From assembly GCA_027315255.1 (NCBI GenBank), contig DAHUYL010000110.1:4362-68361 (forward strand): a stretch of DNA of 64,000 nt. The letters run 5' to 3'. Below, in pieces: positions 19,484 to 31,223 of the stretch (its first letter is position 1; every line of letters begins with the position of its first letter). The notes below the pieces were generated by a model that was given only the letters and a program-made list of their open reading frames with translations, was not told the DNA's origin and ran no database searches. The position numbers were made by a program, and so were the translations under genes. Source of the stretch: Solirubrobacterales bacterium. Its GTDB lineage: Bacteria > Actinomycetota > Thermoleophilia > Solirubrobacterales > Solirubrobacteraceae.

Positions 19484-20818
19484 CTACGCGCCGGCGGCCG
19501 GGGGCAATCGACCGGCCGCCGCGGTGGCGTCCCGCAGACGCCGGGCGAGCGGGTCCGTGAGCGCCCCGGGCTCGAGCTGCCAGCGCCAGTTGCCACCGCG
19601 ACGGACGGGGTTGTTCATCCGGGCGTCGCTTCCCAGACCGAGGACGTCCTGGGCCTGGAGCATGCAGACACGGGCGGGCGACGTGAGCGCCAGGCGGATC
19701 AACGCCCACCACGGCTCGGGCTCGGCAACCTGAGCCGCGCGCAGCTGCGCGTCGACCTCGGCGCGGATCCGCGGCGGCGCCGATTCGTAGAAGCCCCGGG
19801 CGGTGTCGTGGTCGTGCGTGCCGGTGTAGACGAACCGGTGCTCGGTGTGGTTCGGCGGCCGGTGCGGGCTGCGGGGGGCACGCCGGTCGAAGCCGAACTG
19901 GAGCACGAGCATCCCCGGCAGCCCGAACTGGTCGCGCAGCGCCACGACCGGCGGGGTGATCACACCCAGGTCCTCGGCGACCAGCGGCAGCCGGCGCGCG
20001 GTCACGGCCGCGAGCGCAGGTTCCGACGGCGGAGCTGGGGAACCCCCAGGGCCGGCGCCCACACCGGGCGCCGGCCCCGCACCGAGTGCGTCGAACAGCG
20101 CCCGCCCCGGCCCGCGCTTCCAGGCGCCCCGGCGCGCGTCCCGGTCGCCGACCGGCACCGCCCAGTAGGAGACGAACCCGCGGAAGTGATCGAGCCTGGC
20201 GGCGTCGAACAGCTGGAGCGTGCGGCGCACGCGCCCGGTCCACCAGCGGAAGCCGTCGCGGCGCATCGCGGTCCAGTCGTACAGCGGGTTGCCCCACAGC
20301 TGCCCGCGATCCGAGAACGCATCGGGCGGGACTCCCGCGACGGCGCCGCGCTGGAACAGCTCCGGGTGGGCGCGGTGATCCGCGCTGCCGGGAGCGACGT
20401 AGATCGCGACGTCGCCGAGCAGCCGCACGCCGCGGGCGTGCGCGTAGTCGCGCAGCGCGGTCCATTCGCGGTCGAAGCGGACCTGGTCGGCGAGTGCGCC
20501 ACGCCCGGCGAACCGGGTCCAGTCCTCGATCCAGGCCGACTCGCGCTCGCGAAAGGCGTGCGCCTCAGCGGTGCCGACCGGCGCCCGCGGCGACTCCAGG
20601 AACCCGGGCCAGGCGGCGAACGCCGACCCCGACCGGTAGGGCGAGCGCGCGCGATCGGGCGGTCCCAGCGGCAGCAGCTGCCACCACGACTGGCCCGCCG
20701 CCGCCAGCCAGTCGACGAACCGGTAGGCCTCACGCCCGAGCCGGCCACCGGGCAGCGAGCTGAGATGCAGCTGCACCCCGCTCGCCCGCGGCCAGTCCCC
20801 CGATCGCTGGATGTTCAC
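19484..20818 (-). CDS. malQ: 4-alpha-glucanotransferase (GH77)
   Basis: SGVQLHLSSLPG, WWQLLPLGP, LLGDVAIYV, RLDHFRGF, AEDLG, YTGTHDHDT, MNNP. GTG 20818 is the likely start. Confidence 0.92.
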   Translation of the reverse strand: MNIQRSGDWPRASGVQLHLSSLPGGRLGREAYRFVDWLAAAGQSWWQLLPLGPPDRARSPYRSGSAFAAWPGFLESPRAPVGTAEAHAFRERESAWIEDWTRFAGRGALADQVRFDREWTALRDYAHARGVRLLGDVAIYVAPGSADHRAHPELFQRGAVAGVPPDAFSDRGQLWGNPLYDWTAMRRDGFRWWTGRVRRTLQLFDAARLDHFRGFVSYWAVPVGDRDARRGAWKRGPGRALFDALGAGPAPGVGAGPGGSPAPPSEPALAAVTARRLPLVAEDLGVITPPVVALRDQFGLPGMLVLQFGFDRRAPRSPHRPPNHTEHRFVYTGTHDHDTARGFYESAPPRIRAEVDAQLRAAQVAEPEPWWALIRLALTSPARVCMLQAQDVLGLGSDARMNNPVRRGGNWRWQLEPGALTDPLARRLRDATAAAGRLPPAAGA

Positions 20819-20866
20819 ATGCTGGTGTTTACCCAACGCTGCCAGCCGGTTAGCTTTCAACTGAGG

Positions 20867-22903
20867 ATGTCCACGCCCGTTTCCTATCGAACTGCGGCCG
20901 CTGCGCGTGCGCGGCGGCCCCGCGGCGCCGACGATCCGCCGCAGCGGATCGTGATCCAGTACCCGGCGCCCGTCGTCGACGGCGGCGCCTACCCGGTCAA
21001 GCGCGTCGTCGGCGACACCGTCGCGGTCTCGGTCGACGTCTTCCGCGACGGTCACGACCTGCTGCGCGCCGTCGTCAAGTACCGGCCCCCCGAGTCACGA
21101 CGCTGGCGCGAAACCGAGCTGCGCCGGATCGACGAGCACCTCGGCGGGGTGCGCTGGGCCGCGAGCTTCGCCGTCGACCGCCCCGGCCGCTGGCTGTACG
21201 CGTTCGAGGCGTGGAGCGATCGCTTCGGCACGTGGCGCGACGAGCTGCAGCGCAAGGTCGCAGCCCGCCAGCACGACCTCGCCGGCGAGCTGTCGGAGGG
21301 GGTGCTGCTGCTGCGCGAGGCGGTCGACCGAGCCCGTACGAAGCGCGACATCGACCTGCTCGAGCAGGCGCTCGAGAAGCTCGAGGACGTGGACGCGAAC
21401 GAGGCCGAGCGGCACCGCGCGGCGCTGTCGGAGGACGTCTACGAGGCGATCAGGCGCGAGCAGTCGCGCGACGACGCCGCCACACTCGAGCCGCTCGCGC
21501 TCGAGGTCGACAGGGTCCGGGCGCGGTTCTCGACCTGGTACGAGCTGTTCCCCCGCTCCTGGGGCGGACTGAAGGGCGTCGAGGCGCAGCTGCCGCGGCT
21601 GGCGGAGCTCGGCTTCGACGTCGTCTACCTGCCGCCGATCCATCCGATCGGCCACACCAACCGCAAGGGCGCCGACAACGCCCCGACCGCCGCGCCCGGC
21701 GACCCCGGATCCCCGTACGCGATCGGCGACGAGCACGGCGGCCACGAGGCGATCCACCCGGAGCTGGGCACGATCGACGATCTGCGCTCGCTGACGAAGG
21801 CCGCGAGCGAGCTCGGAATCGACATCGCACTCGACCTCGCGATCAACTGCTCGGCCGACCACCCGTGGCTGAAGGAGCACCCGGAGTGGTTCAACCACCG
21901 CCCCGACGGCACGATCAAGTACGCGGAGAACCCGCCGAAGCGCTACATCGACATCTACAACGTGAACTTCGACTCGCCGGCGTGGCGCGAGCTGTGGGAC
22001 GCGCTGCGCGCGATCGTGCTGCACTGGGTCGACTGCGGCGTCAAGGCGTTCCGGGTCGACAACCCGCACACCAAGCCGACCCCCTTCTGGGCGTGGCTGA
22101 TCGAGCAGGTCCACGCCGTCGACCGCGACGTGATCTTCCTGGCGGAGGCGTTCACCCGGCGGGCGGTGATGCGCCACCTGGCGAAGGTCGGCTTCACCCA
22201 GTCCTACACGTACTTCACCTGGAAGAACGCGCGCTGGGAGCTCGTCGAATACGTCTCCGAGCTGGCCTACTCCGGCGAGCAGGAGTACTTCCGGCCGAAC
22301 TTCTTCACCAACACGCCCGACATCCTGCACGCCTACCTCCAGCACGGCGGCCGGCCGGCGTTCGAGGCCCGGCTCGTGCTCGCTGGGACGCTCAGCCCCT
22401 CGTACGGGATCTACTCCGGCTTCGAGAGCATCGAGAACGTGCCGGCGCACGAGGGCTCCGAGGAGTACCTGCACTCCGAGAAGTACGAGCTGAAGGCTCG
22501 TGCGCTCGACGGCGAGCTGTTGCCGATGGTCGCAGCGCTCAACCGGGCTCGGCGCCAGAACCCGGCGCTGCAGGAGCTGTCGAACGTCACGTTCCTTCAG
22601 ACCGAGAACGAGGCACTGATCGCATACGCGAAGCAGACCGCGGGTAACACGCTGCTGACCATCGTCAACCTCGACCCCCACCACGTCCAGGAGGGCCTCA
22701 CGATCGTGCCCGCCCAGCTCGGGCTCGCGCCCGTGTTCACCGTCCGCGATCTCCTCGGCGACGAGCTGTTCGAGTGGCGGATCGGGCGTAACTACGTGCG
22801 GCTCGAGCCGGGGATGCGCCAGGCCCACCTGCTGCGCGTGATGCGCCCGGACGAGCTGGTCGACCCCACCGGACCAGACCCGGATGTCGTATCAGTCGAC
22901 TGA
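20867..22903 (+). CDS. glgE: Alpha-1,4-glucan:maltose-1-phosphate maltosyltransferase
   Basis: [60 protein letters not shown] 20867. Confidence 0.95.
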   Translation: MSTPVSYRTAAAARARRPRGADDPPQRIVIQYPAPVVDGGAYPVKRVVGDTVAVSVDVFRDGHDLLRAVVKYRPPESRRWRETELRRIDEHLGGVRWAASFAVDRPGRWLYAFEAWSDRFGTWRDELQRKVAARQHDLAGELSEGVLLLREAVDRARTKRDIDLLEQALEKLEDVDANEAERHRAALSEDVYEAIRREQSRDDAATLEPLALEVDRVRARFSTWYELFPRSWGGLKGVEAQLPRLAELGFDVVYLPPIHPIGHTNRKGADNAPTAAPGDPGSPYAIGDEHGGHEAIHPELGTIDDLRSLTKAASELGIDIALDLAINCSADHPWLKEHPEWFNHRPDGTIKYAENPPKRYIDIYNVNFDSPAWRELWDALRAIVLHWVDCGVKAFRVDNPHTKPTPFWAWLIEQVHAVDRDVIFLAEAFTRRAVMRHLAKVGFTQSYTYFTWKNARWELVEYVSELAYSGEQEYFRPNFFTNTPDILHAYLQHGGRPAFEARLVLAGTLSPSYGIYSGFESIENVPAHEGSEEYLHSEKYELKARALDGELLPMVAALNRARRQNPALQELSNVTFLQTENEALIAYAKQTAGNTLLTIVNLDPHHVQEGLTIVPAQLGLAPVFTVRDLLGDELFEWRIGRNYVRLEPGMRQAHLLRVMRPDELVDPTGPDPDVVSVD

Positions 22904-24674
22904 GGAGTTCGCCGCGATCCAGTTTCGCGGCGCCGGGCTGCCGCTACCCGGATCGCACGCCGCGCGGGCGGGCGGTGAGGAGGGTGCGCCCGGGGCGGCG
23001 CAGACACGCCAGTGGTTCCAGGCCGAGCCGCTCTGGTTCAAGCGCGCGATCTTCTACGAGATCCACATCCGCGGCTTCTTCGACGCCAACGGCGACGGCT
23101 CCGGGGACTTCCGCGGCCTGACCGAGAAGCTCGACTACCTGCAGTGGCTCGGGATCGACTGCATCTGGCTGCTGCCGTTCTACGACTCGCCCCTGCGTGA
23201 CGGCGGCTACGACATCTCCGACTACTACCGGGTCCACCCCGACTACGGCACCGTCGAGGACGTGCACAACCTGATCGACGCGGCGCACGCACGGCGGATC
23301 CGCGTGATCGCCGACCTGGTCATGAACCACACCTCGACCGACCACCCGTGGTTCCAGGAGTCGCGCTCGAGTCCGGAGAACCCGAGGCGCGACTGGTATG
23401 TGTGGTCGGACACGACCGAGCGCTATCAGGAGGCGAGGATCATCTTCCTCGACACGGAGTCGTCGAACTGGACCTTCGACCCCGTCGCGGGCCAGTACTA
23501 CTGGCACCGGTTCTTCTCCCATCAGGCCGACCTCAACTACGACAACCCCGAGGTCCAGGAGGCGATGCTGGACGTGCTGCGCTTCTGGCTCGACCTCGGG
23601 CTCGACGGCTTCCGGCTCGACGCCGTCCCGTACCTGTTCGAGCGCGACGGAACGAACTGCGAGAACCTGCCCGAGACGCACGCATACCTGCAGCGGATCC
23701 GCCGCGAGGTCGAGGAGAACTACCCCGATCGGGTGCTGCTGGCGGAAGCCAACCAGTGGCCCGCCGACGTCGTCGAGTACTTCGGGCCGGATGGGAACGA
23801 GTGCCAGATGGCGTTCCACTTCCCGGTGATGTCGCGGATGTTCATGGCGATCCGGCGCGAGCAGGCCACCCCGATCTACGAGATCCTCGAGCGCACGCCG
23901 GCGATCCCTGAAACCTGCCAGTGGGGATTGTTCCTGCGCAACCACGACGAGCTGACACTCGAGATGGTGACCGACGACGAGCGCGACTACATGTACGCCG
24001 AGTACGCCAAGGACCCCCGGATGAAGCTCAACCTCGGGATCCGCCGGCGGCTCGCGCCGCTGCTCGACAACGGCCGCGACGAGATCGAGCTGATGACCGC
24101 GATCCTGTTCAGCCTGCCGGGCTCCCCCGTCCTGTACTACGGTGACGAGATCGCGATGGGCGACAACGTGTTCCTCGGGGACCGAGACGGCGTCCGCACG
24201 CCGATGCAGTGGACGGGGGACCGCAACGGCGGCTTCAGCCGCGCGGACTTCGCGGCGCTGTACGCACCGCCGTTGATGGACCCGGTGTACGGCTTCCAGG
24301 CGGTCAACGTGGAGGCCGAGCTGCGCACGCCGAACTCGCTGCTGCGCTGGCTGCACCGGTTCATCGCGCTGCGCAAGGAGCACCCGGTCTTCGGGTTCGG
24401 CAGCTACGAGCCGGTGCCGACGTCGAACCCGCGGATCTTCGCGCTGCTGCGGCAGTTCGAGGGGGACCTCGTGCTGTGCGTCCACAATCTCGCGCGGTCC
24501 GCCCAGCCGGTCGAGCTCGACCTGGCACGATTCGCCGGCCGCTACCCTGTCGAATTGTTCGGCAACTCGCGATTCCCGCCGATCGGCGAGCTCCCGTACC
24601 TGTTGACGCTCGCCCGCCGCGGATACTTCTGGTTCGCACTGGTCGAGGAAGGGAACGCTGAACACGATGCCTGA
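22884..24674 (+). CDS. treS: Trehalose synthase / maltose alpha-D-glucosyltransferase
   Basis: [49 protein letters not shown]. Confidence 0.95.
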   Translation: MSYQSTEEFAAIQFRGAGLPLPGSHAARAGGEEGAPGAAQTRQWFQAEPLWFKRAIFYEIHIRGFFDANGDGSGDFRGLTEKLDYLQWLGIDCIWLLPFYDSPLRDGGYDISDYYRVHPDYGTVEDVHNLIDAAHARRIRVIADLVMNHTSTDHPWFQESRSSPENPRRDWYVWSDTTERYQEARIIFLDTESSNWTFDPVAGQYYWHRFFSHQADLNYDNPEVQEAMLDVLRFWLDLGLDGFRLDAVPYLFERDGTNCENLPETHAYLQRIRREVEENYPDRVLLAEANQWPADVVEYFGPDGNECQMAFHFPVMSRMFMAIRREQATPIYEILERTPAIPETCQWGLFLRNHDELTLEMVTDDERDYMYAEYAKDPRMKLNLGIRRRLAPLLDNGRDEIELMTAILFSLPGSPVLYYGDEIAMGDNVFLGDRDGVRTPMQWTGDRNGGFSRADFAALYAPPLMDPVYGFQAVNVEAELRTPNSLLRWLHRFIALRKEHPVFGFGSYEPVPTSNPRIFALLRQFEGDLVLCVHNLARSAQPVELDLARFAGRYPVELFGNSRFPPIGELPYLLTLARRGYFWFALVEEGNAEHDA

Positions 24675-26007
24675 CCCCGTGCTGGACCCGAAGCTGCTCG
24701 ACCTCGAGGCGCTGCGTGGGTGGATCTGCGAGCAGCGCTGGTACGCGTCGAAGACCCGCACGATCACCGGGGTCGAGCTGATCGAAGAGGTGGAGCTGAG
24801 CGACGAGCTGGTGCTGGCGCTGGCGCAGGTGCGGTTCCCGACGGGGGCGCACGAGCTGTACCAGCTGCCGATGGCGATCGCCGGCGGGGCTGTCGAGTTC
24901 GACGCGCTGACGGTGCCCGCGCGTGCACTCGAGCTGCTCGCGCGGATCCAATCCGGTGAGGACCTCGAGACGGCCGGGGGCCGCTTCAGCTTCCGCCTGG
25001 CGGAAGGGGCCGAGCCGGTCGCCGCGGACGCGTCGGTGCGCGAGCTGGGAGTCGAGCAGTCGAACTCGTCGCTCGTGTTCGGCGAGCAGGTCGTGCTGAA
25101 GGTGTTCCGCAGGGTCCAGGCGGGGATCAACCCCGAGCTGGAGCTGCTGCGCTTCCTGACGATGCACGGCTTCCCGAACATCGCGCCGCTGCACGGCTTC
25201 TACGAGTACGAGGGCGCGGCGCTCGCCGGCACGCTCGGAGTCGCCCAGGAGTTCCTCCCCGACGCGACCGACGGCTGGGCGCTGGCGGTGGCCGAGATCC
25301 CGTCGCAGCCGGACGTGTTCCTCGAGCGCGTGGCCGCGCTGGGCGTCGCGACCGCGCAGATGCACACCTTGCTCGCGTCCGACTCGGCCGACCCCGCGTT
25401 CTCGCCGCAGGAGCCGAGCACGGAGTCGACGGCGCTGTTGACCGCGACGATCGACGAGGACATCGAGCGGATCTTCCTGCGGCTGCCCGACGACCCGCGG
25501 CTCGAGCCGATCGCGGGCCGCGGCGCGGACGTGCGCGAGCGGCTTGCGGCGCGCTCCCAGATCGGGATCGGCGGCCGCGAGATCCGGATCCACGGCGATT
25601 ACCACCTGGGCCAGACGATGGCGACGCCGCGCGGCTGGGTGATCCTCGACTTCGAGGGCGAGCCGGCACGGTCGCTCCCCGAGCGCCGCCAGAAGCGCTC
25701 GCCGCTGCGCGACGTCGCGAGCATGCTGCGCTCGTTCGCGTATGCGGTCTCGGCGGTCGTCCTGCAGCGCGGGCAGGCCGCCCCGGCCGGGTTCGAGCAG
25801 CAGGCGCGCAACTGCTTCCTCGAGCGCTACTTCGCCGAGGTCGACAACACGCTGCTGCCCGCCGGCGAGTCGGCGATCGCCAGCATGCTCGCGATCTTCG
25901 AGCTCGAGAAGGCGATCTACGAGCTGCGCTACGAGCTCGACAACCGGCCGGACTGGGTGTCGATCCCGGTCGCCGGGATCGAGCGGATCCTGGAGTCGGC
26001 CGGATGA
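24667..26007 (+). CDS. mak: Maltokinase (Mak/Pep2)
   Basis: EQSNSS, LKVFRR...[36 protein letters not shown]. Confidence 0.92.
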   Translation: MPDPVLDPKLLDLEALRGWICEQRWYASKTRTITGVELIEEVELSDELVLALAQVRFPTGAHELYQLPMAIAGGAVEFDALTVPARALELLARIQSGEDLETAGGRFSFRLAEGAEPVAADASVRELGVEQSNSSLVFGEQVVLKVFRRVQAGINPELELLRFLTMHGFPNIAPLHGFYEYEGAALAGTLGVAQEFLPDATDGWALAVAEIPSQPDVFLERVAALGVATAQMHTLLASDSADPAFSPQEPSTESTALLTATIDEDIERIFLRLPDDPRLEPIAGRGADVRERLAARSQIGIGGREIRIHGDYHLGQTMATPRGWVILDFEGEPARSLPERRQKRSPLRDVASMLRSFAYAVSAVVLQRGQAAPAGFEQQARNCFLERYFAEVDNTLLPAGESAIASMLAIFELEKAIYELRYELDNRPDWVSIPVAGIERILESAG

Positions 26008-28265
26008 GCGTCGCCACGCATGCGCTCGAGGCGATCGTGCGGCGCGAGCACGCCGACCCGCACTCGGTGCTCGGCGCACATCCGGTGCAGTCCGACCCGC
26101 CGGGCGTGCTGATCCGCGTCCACCGCCCGGCCGCACAGGCGGTGACGATCCTGCTGTCGGCGCCGCTGTCGGCCGGGGTGCCGACAGCGGACGGCCCGAC
26201 CGGGCCCGAGACCGAGGTCGCGATGGAGCAGATCCACCCCGGCGGCGTGTTCGAGGCGACGGTCGAGGGGGCCTCGCTGCCGCTGGAATACCGGCTGCGG
26301 ATCGATTACGGGAGGAGCGGCACGTTCGAGCTGCTCGACCCGTACGCGTTCACGCCGACGCTCGGCGAGCTCGACCTGCACCTGATCGGCGAGGGCCGAC
26401 ACGAGCGGCTGTACGAGCTGCTCGGCTCGCACGTGCGCGAGCACCGCCTCGGCGAGCTGCCGCCGGTGACAGGGACGGCGTTCGCGGTGTGGGCGCCGTC
26501 GGCCAGGTCCGTGTCGGTCGTCGGCGACTTCAACAGCTGGGACGGGCGCCTGCATCCGATGCGCTCGCTCGGCTCGAGCGGGATCTGGGAGCTGTTCCTG
26601 CCCGAGGTGGTGCAGGGCGCCTGCTACAAGTACGAGATCCTCACCCAGGCCGGCGAGATCCGGCTGAAGGCCGACCCGTACGCGCAGGAGACCGAGGTGC
26701 CGCCGCGGACCGCCTCGAAGGTGACCCGCTCGCAGCACCGATGGAGCGCGGTGGAGGGGGCCTGGGGCGAGCACCGGCGCGAGCAGCTGCCGCACGATCA
26801 GCCGATCTCGATCTACGAGGTCCACCTCGGCTCGTGGCGGCTGAACACGCTCGAGGGCAACCGGCCGCTGACGTACCCCGAGCTGGCGGACGAGCTGTCG
26901 GCGTACGTCAAGGACCTGGGGTTCACGCACGTGGAGCTGTTGCCGGTGATGGCGCATCCGTTCAGCGGCTCGTGGGGCTATCAGGTGACGGGCTACTACG
27001 CCCCCACCCCCCGCTACGGCAGCCCCGACGAGCTGCGGGCGTTCGTGCAGCGGCTGCACGAGCAGGGACTCGGGGTGATCCTCGACTGGGTGCCCGCGCA
27101 CTTCCCGCGGGACGACTTCGCGCTCGCGCGGTTCGACGGCACCGCGCTGTACGAGCACGCCGACCCGCGTCGCGGCGCCCATCCCGACTGGGGCACGCTG
27201 GTGTTCAACTTCGGACGCCACGAGGTCCGCAACTTCCTGATCGCGAACGCGCTGTTCTGGCTGCGCGAGTACCACGTCGACGGGATCCGGGTCGACGCGG
27301 TCGCGTCGATGCTGTACCTCGACTACTCGCGCGGCGAGGGCGCGTGGATCCCCAACCAGTTCGGCGGCCGCGAGGACCTCGAGGCGATCGGCTTCCTGCA
27401 GGAGCTGAACGAGGTGACCCACGGCCGCGAGCCCGGGATCATCTCCGCGGCGGAGGAGTCGACGGCGTGGCCGGGCGTGTCGCGCCCGACCTATCTCGGC
27501 GGGCTCGGATTCGGCTTCAAGTGGAACATGGGCTGGATGCACGACACGCTCGAGTACTTCAAGAACGACCCGATCTACCGCCGCTACCACCATCACGAGC
27601 TGACGTTCAGCCTGCTGTATGCGTTCAGCGAGAACTTCATCCTGCCGCTGTCCCACGACGAGGTCGTGCACGGCAAGGGTTCGCTGTACCAGAAGATGGC
27701 GGGCGATCACTGGCAGCGGCTCGCGAACCTGCGGGCGCTGTACGGGTACATGTGGTCGCACCCGGGCAAGAAGCTGCTGTTCATGGGCCAGGAGTTCGCC
27801 CAGAAGGACGAATGGAGTCACGAGGGCTCGCTGCACTGGCACCTGCTCGAGTCGCCCGAGCATGCGGGCATCCAGTCGCTCGTCCGCGACCTCAACCGCG
27901 CGTACCGGGCCGAGCCGGCGCTGTGGGCGCTCGACTCGGACGCAGCCGGGTTCTTCTGGATCGAGCCCAACGACGCCGACTCGAACGTGCTCGCGTACGC
28001 CCGCCGCACGCGCGACGGCGACCGCCTGCTCGTCTGCGTGCTGAACCTCGCGCCGGTGCCGCGCGAGCGCTACCGTCTCGGATTGCCGCGATCCGGACGC
28101 TGGCACGAGGCGCTCAACACCGACTCGCGCTTCTACGGCGGCGGCAACGTCGGGAACTGGGGCGGCGTGCTCGCCGAGCCGGCTCCATGGCACAACCAGC
28201 CGTATTCGGCGCTCGTGACGCTGCCGCCGCTGGCGGCCGTGTGGCTGGTCCCAGAGGGATCCTGA
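26004..28265 (+). CDS. glgB: 1,4-alpha-glucan branching enzyme
   Basis: YEVHLGSW, SWGYQ, DWVPAHFP, RVDAVASMLY, AEEST, LSHDEVVHGKGSL. Confidence 0.96.
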   Translation: MSVATHALEAIVRREHADPHSVLGAHPVQSDPPGVLIRVHRPAAQAVTILLSAPLSAGVPTADGPTGPETEVAMEQIHPGGVFEATVEGASLPLEYRLRIDYGRSGTFELLDPYAFTPTLGELDLHLIGEGRHERLYELLGSHVREHRLGELPPVTGTAFAVWAPSARSVSVVGDFNSWDGRLHPMRSLGSSGIWELFLPEVVQGACYKYEILTQAGEIRLKADPYAQETEVPPRTASKVTRSQHRWSAVEGAWGEHRREQLPHDQPISIYEVHLGSWRLNTLEGNRPLTYPELADELSAYVKDLGFTHVELLPVMAHPFSGSWGYQVTGYYAPTPRYGSPDELRAFVQRLHEQGLGVILDWVPAHFPRDDFALARFDGTALYEHADPRRGAHPDWGTLVFNFGRHEVRNFLIANALFWLREYHVDGIRVDAVASMLYLDYSRGEGAWIPNQFGGREDLEAIGFLQELNEVTHGREPGIISAAEESTAWPGVSRPTYLGGLGFGFKWNMGWMHDTLEYFKNDPIYRRYHHHELTFSLLYAFSENFILPLSHDEVVHGKGSLYQKMAGDHWQRLANLRALYGYMWSHPGKKLLFMGQEFAQKDEWSHEGSLHWHLLESPEHAGIQSLVRDLNRAYRAEPALWALDSDAAGFFWIEPNDADSNVLAYARRTRDGDRLLVCVLNLAPVPRERYRLGLPRSGRWHEALNTDSRFYGGGNVGNWGGVLAEPAPWHNQPYSALVTLPPLAAVWLVPEGS

Positions 28266-28328
28266 TCCGGGGCCGGCGTGCGGCGGCATCGCGCGCGCCC
28301 AACTCGCCAACCTTGGCAGCGAAAAGGA

Positions 28329-28358
28329 CTCTAACCAGCCGAGAACCGGGTTCTTACC
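28329..28358 (+). promoter_or_regulatory. Three 11-bp-spaced direct half-sites (YYTWRCC-like), candidate OmpR-family box upstream of the response regulator
   Basis: CTCTAACC / CGAGAACC / TTCTTACC at 28329, 28340, 28351. Confidence 0.4.
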
Positions 28359-28389
28359 CCGGGCGGCGACACTCGCCGTGCCGAGAATC

Positions 28390-29151
28390 ATGAGCTCTGC
28401 CATCCCAATCGATCGCAGCGAGCCCGATCCGGGTCCGCTCGTGCTGCTCGTCGAGGACGAGCGCTCGATCGCCGAGCCGTTCGCCAGCGCGCTGCGGCGA
28501 GCGGGCTTCCGCGCCGAGCTCGCGGCGACGGGCGAGGACGCGATCGCGCTCACCCGTGACCGGCAGCCCGACGTCGTGCTGCTCGATCTCGGGCTTCCCG
28601 ACCTCGACGGCCGGGTCGTCTGCCGGCGGATCCGCGCCGAGTCGGAGGTCCCGATCATCATGCTCACCGCCAGCGGCGCGCTCGCCGACCGGGTCCTGGG
28701 ACTCGAGCTCGGCGCCGACGACTACGTCGTCAAGCCGTTCGCGGTGCAGGAGGTGATCGCCCGGATCACGGCGGTCCTGCGCCGCGGGCGCCTCGGCGGC
28801 GACTACCCTCGCCAGCTGGTCGTCCAGGACCTGCGGATCGACACCGGCGCGCGGCGCGCGTGGCGCGGGGAGAGCGAGCTCGACCTCACCCGCAAGGAGT
28901 TCGACCTGCTCGTCCGGCTGGCGCGGGAGGCAGGCTCGGTGGTGACCCGCGAGACGCTGATGTCAGAGGTCTGGGACGAGAACTGGTTCGGCTCGACGAA
29001 GACGCTCGACGTGCACATCGGGTGGCTGCGGCGCAAGCTCGACGACCCGGCCGAGCAGCCGGTCTACATCCGCACCGTCCGGGGCGTCGGGTTCGTGCTG
29101 CAGCCGCAACAGCCCGGGGACTCCGGCCCCCGGCAATCACCCGCCCGGTGA
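28390..29151 (+). CDS. OmpR-family response regulator
   Basis: LVEDE, LLDLGLPDLDG, IIMLTA, DDYVVKPF, LTRKEFDLL, LDVHIGWLRRKL, IRTVRGVGF. Confidence 0.95.
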   Translation: MSSAIPIDRSEPDPGPLVLLVEDERSIAEPFASALRRAGFRAELAATGEDAIALTRDRQPDVVLLDLGLPDLDGRVVCRRIRAESEVPIIMLTASGALADRVLGLELGADDYVVKPFAVQEVIARITAVLRRGRLGGDYPRQLVVQDLRIDTGARRAWRGESELDLTRKEFDLLVRLAREAGSVVTRETLMSEVWDENWFGSTKTLDVHIGWLRRKLDDPAEQPVYIRTVRGVGFVLQPQQPGDSGPRQSPAR

Positions 29152-30563
29152 TGAGCCTGAGGGCCCGCCTGCTGGCGGCCATGGCGTACATGCTGGTGCT
29201 GGCGATCGTCGCGTTCGGCGTGCCACTGGCGGTCAGCCTGCGAACCAGGGTCAACGAGGAGGTCCTGACCCAGGCGCGCTCGCAGGCCGACCTGATCGCC
29301 GCGACCGCCGGCGACCTGCTCTCAGCGGCGAGCCGGCCCGAGCTGCGCTCACTCGTGAAGACCGCTTCGGCGTCGCTGCGCGGGCGCGTGCTGATCGTCG
29401 ACGCGCGCGGGATCGTGCTGGTCGACAGCGCCGTGCCCGGCGAGGTCGGCACCAACTACCGGAGCCGGCCGGAGCTGGGGCAGGCGCTCGCGGGTCGCGC
29501 AGACCAGGTGCAGCGCGACTCGCACACGCTCGGCCAGGCGATCCTCGCCACCGCCGTCCCGATCATCCACAACGGCGCCGTCGCCGGCGCCGTCAGGGTC
29601 ACGCAGAGCGTCGGCGCGGTGAGCTCGGCGGTCAGCCGGGTCGAGCTCGCGCTGGGGGCGGTCGGTCTGACCGTGCTCGCGATCGGGCTCGTGTTCGGGA
29701 GCGTGCTCGCTGCCCAGATCGGCCGGCCGCTGCGCCGCCTCGAGGCGGTCGCCCACCGGGTGGCGCAGGGCGACCTGAGCGCGCGCGCGACGATCGAGGG
29801 CAGCTCCGAGCAGCGCTCGCTGTCGCGCTCGTTCAACGAGATGACGAGCCGCATGGCGCTGCTGCTGGGCGCGCAGCGCAGGTTCGTCGCCGACGCCTCG
29901 CACCAGCTCCGAACGCCGCTGACCGGGCTGCGACTGCGGCTCGAGGCGGCCCGTGAGCTCGCCCACGACGCAGCCGTCGAAGCCGAGCTCGATGAGGGGC
30001 TGAGCGAGGTCGATCGGCTGTCGGCGACGGTCGCGGAGCTCCTGGCGCTGAGCCAGGCGGGCGAGCGGCAGCTGGCGGGGACGTCGATCGACCTGGGCGA
30101 GCTCGTCGCCGCTGCGCGTACGCGCTGGCGGGCGGAGGCGGGACAGCGCGGAATCGGCCTCGAGTGCGATTCGAGGCCCCGCGCCGGCACGGTGTTCGCC
30201 GCGCGTGCGGACGCCGACCGCGCGCTCGACGCGCTGATCGAGAACGCGCTGCGCTACTCGCCGCGAGGCAGCTCCGTGTCGCTTGCGGCGCTCGACGGTC
30301 GGCTCGTCGTCAGCGACCGGGGCGCCGGGATCGAGGCGGACGAGCGAGAGGCCGTGTTCGAGCGCTTCCATCGTGGCAGCGCAGGCCGGTCCGGGGCTTC
30401 CGGTCACGGCCTGGGGCTGCCGATCGCGCGCGAGCTCGCCCGCGCCTGGGGTGGCGAGGTCCAGCTCGAGCCACGGCCGGGCGGGGGCACCGTCGCGACG
30501 CTGACGCTGCCGCCGGCCACGCCCGCCGGCGAGCCGAGAGCGGCGGACTTTGCCCGTGCTTAG
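29151..30563 (+). CDS. Sensor histidine kinase (2 TM, HAMP, HisKA, HATPase)
   Basis: ADASHQLRTPL, LIENALRY, DRGAGI, GHGLGL. ATG overlaps the RR stop. Confidence 0.93.
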   Translation: MSLRARLLAAMAYMLVLAIVAFGVPLAVSLRTRVNEEVLTQARSQADLIAATAGDLLSAASRPELRSLVKTASASLRGRVLIVDARGIVLVDSAVPGEVGTNYRSRPELGQALAGRADQVQRDSHTLGQAILATAVPIIHNGAVAGAVRVTQSVGAVSSAVSRVELALGAVGLTVLAIGLVFGSVLAAQIGRPLRRLEAVAHRVAQGDLSARATIEGSSEQRSLSRSFNEMTSRMALLLGAQRRFVADASHQLRTPLTGLRLRLEAARELAHDAAVEAELDEGLSEVDRLSATVAELLALSQAGERQLAGTSIDLGELVAAARTRWRAEAGQRGIGLECDSRPRAGTVFAARADADRALDALIENALRYSPRGSSVSLAALDGRLVVSDRGAGIEADEREAVFERFHRGSAGRSGASGHGLGLPIARELARAWGGEVQLEPRPGGGTVATLTLPPATPAGEPRAADFARA

Positions 30564-30576
30564 CCGAGCCCTGGCT
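30547..30576 (+). promoter_or_regulatory. 11-bp-spaced half-sites, candidate OmpR-family box
   Basis: ACTTTGCC / GCTTAGCC / CCCTGGCT at 30547, 30558, 30569, upstream of ATG 30591. Confidence 0.35.
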
Positions 30577-30590
30577 ACCGTGCAACCGCG

Positions 30591-31175
30591 ATGAGGTATC
30601 GCGGAGCGCTGTGGGCCCTCGCCGCCCTGCTCGGGATCGTCGTCACCGCCGGGCTGACCTGGTCCGTGGGCCGCCTCGCCGGCGAGCACATCGGGCTTCC
30701 CTCCCAGCCGGCGGCGGCGATCCAGGCGCTCGCACCGCCACCATCGAGCAGCACTGCCGATCCCGGCCATGCCGACCCGGCGGGAAGCGCCGACCATCGC
30801 GAATCCGCTGGGACGGCCGTCGCGGTCCGCCGGCGCACGCGCCCGGCGCCGCCACCGACGAGGACCGTCACCGTGACGGTCTACCGTCCCTCGCAGCCGG
30901 CGGTCACCCAGCCGGCGCCCGCGGCTGCGGCCCCGGCCGCGCCCGTCTCCACCCAGACCGTCTCGACCCGGGCCGTCCCGACCCCAACCGTGTCGACGAG
31001 CTCCACGTCGCCGCCCAGCCTGGCCGCCACGACGACCCCCACGGCGCAGGACACCTCGGCGACGCCGCCGGCTCGGACCGCGACCAGCGGTGCGGCGCAC
31101 CACGGCTCCGGTTCGGGTGACGGCGGCGACGGCTCTCAGAATGGCGGCTCGCGCAACCACGGCCCCGACGACTGA
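30591..31175 (+). CDS. Secreted/anchored low-complexity Thr/Pro/Ala-rich protein
   Basis: Hydrophobic N-terminus; G/S/D-rich tail ending HGPDD. Confidence 0.55.
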   Translation: MRYRGALWALAALLGIVVTAGLTWSVGRLAGEHIGLPSQPAAAIQALAPPPSSSTADPGHADPAGSADHRESAGTAVAVRRRTRPAPPPTRTVTVTVYRPSQPAVTQPAPAAAAPAAPVSTQTVSTRAVPTPTVSTSSTSPPSLAATTTPTAQDTSATPPARTATSGAAHHGSGSGDGGDGSQNGGSRNHGPDD

Positions 31176-31223
31176 GCTGAGCGCCCGCGCGGCGAGGGGC
31201 CCCGCCACCGGGCCCGCCGGAGC

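Noticed and set aside
18701-22903. 1400-aa N-terminally extended GlgE
   Set aside because: The extension is antisense to DUF2807 and malQ; GlgE homology begins near 20867.
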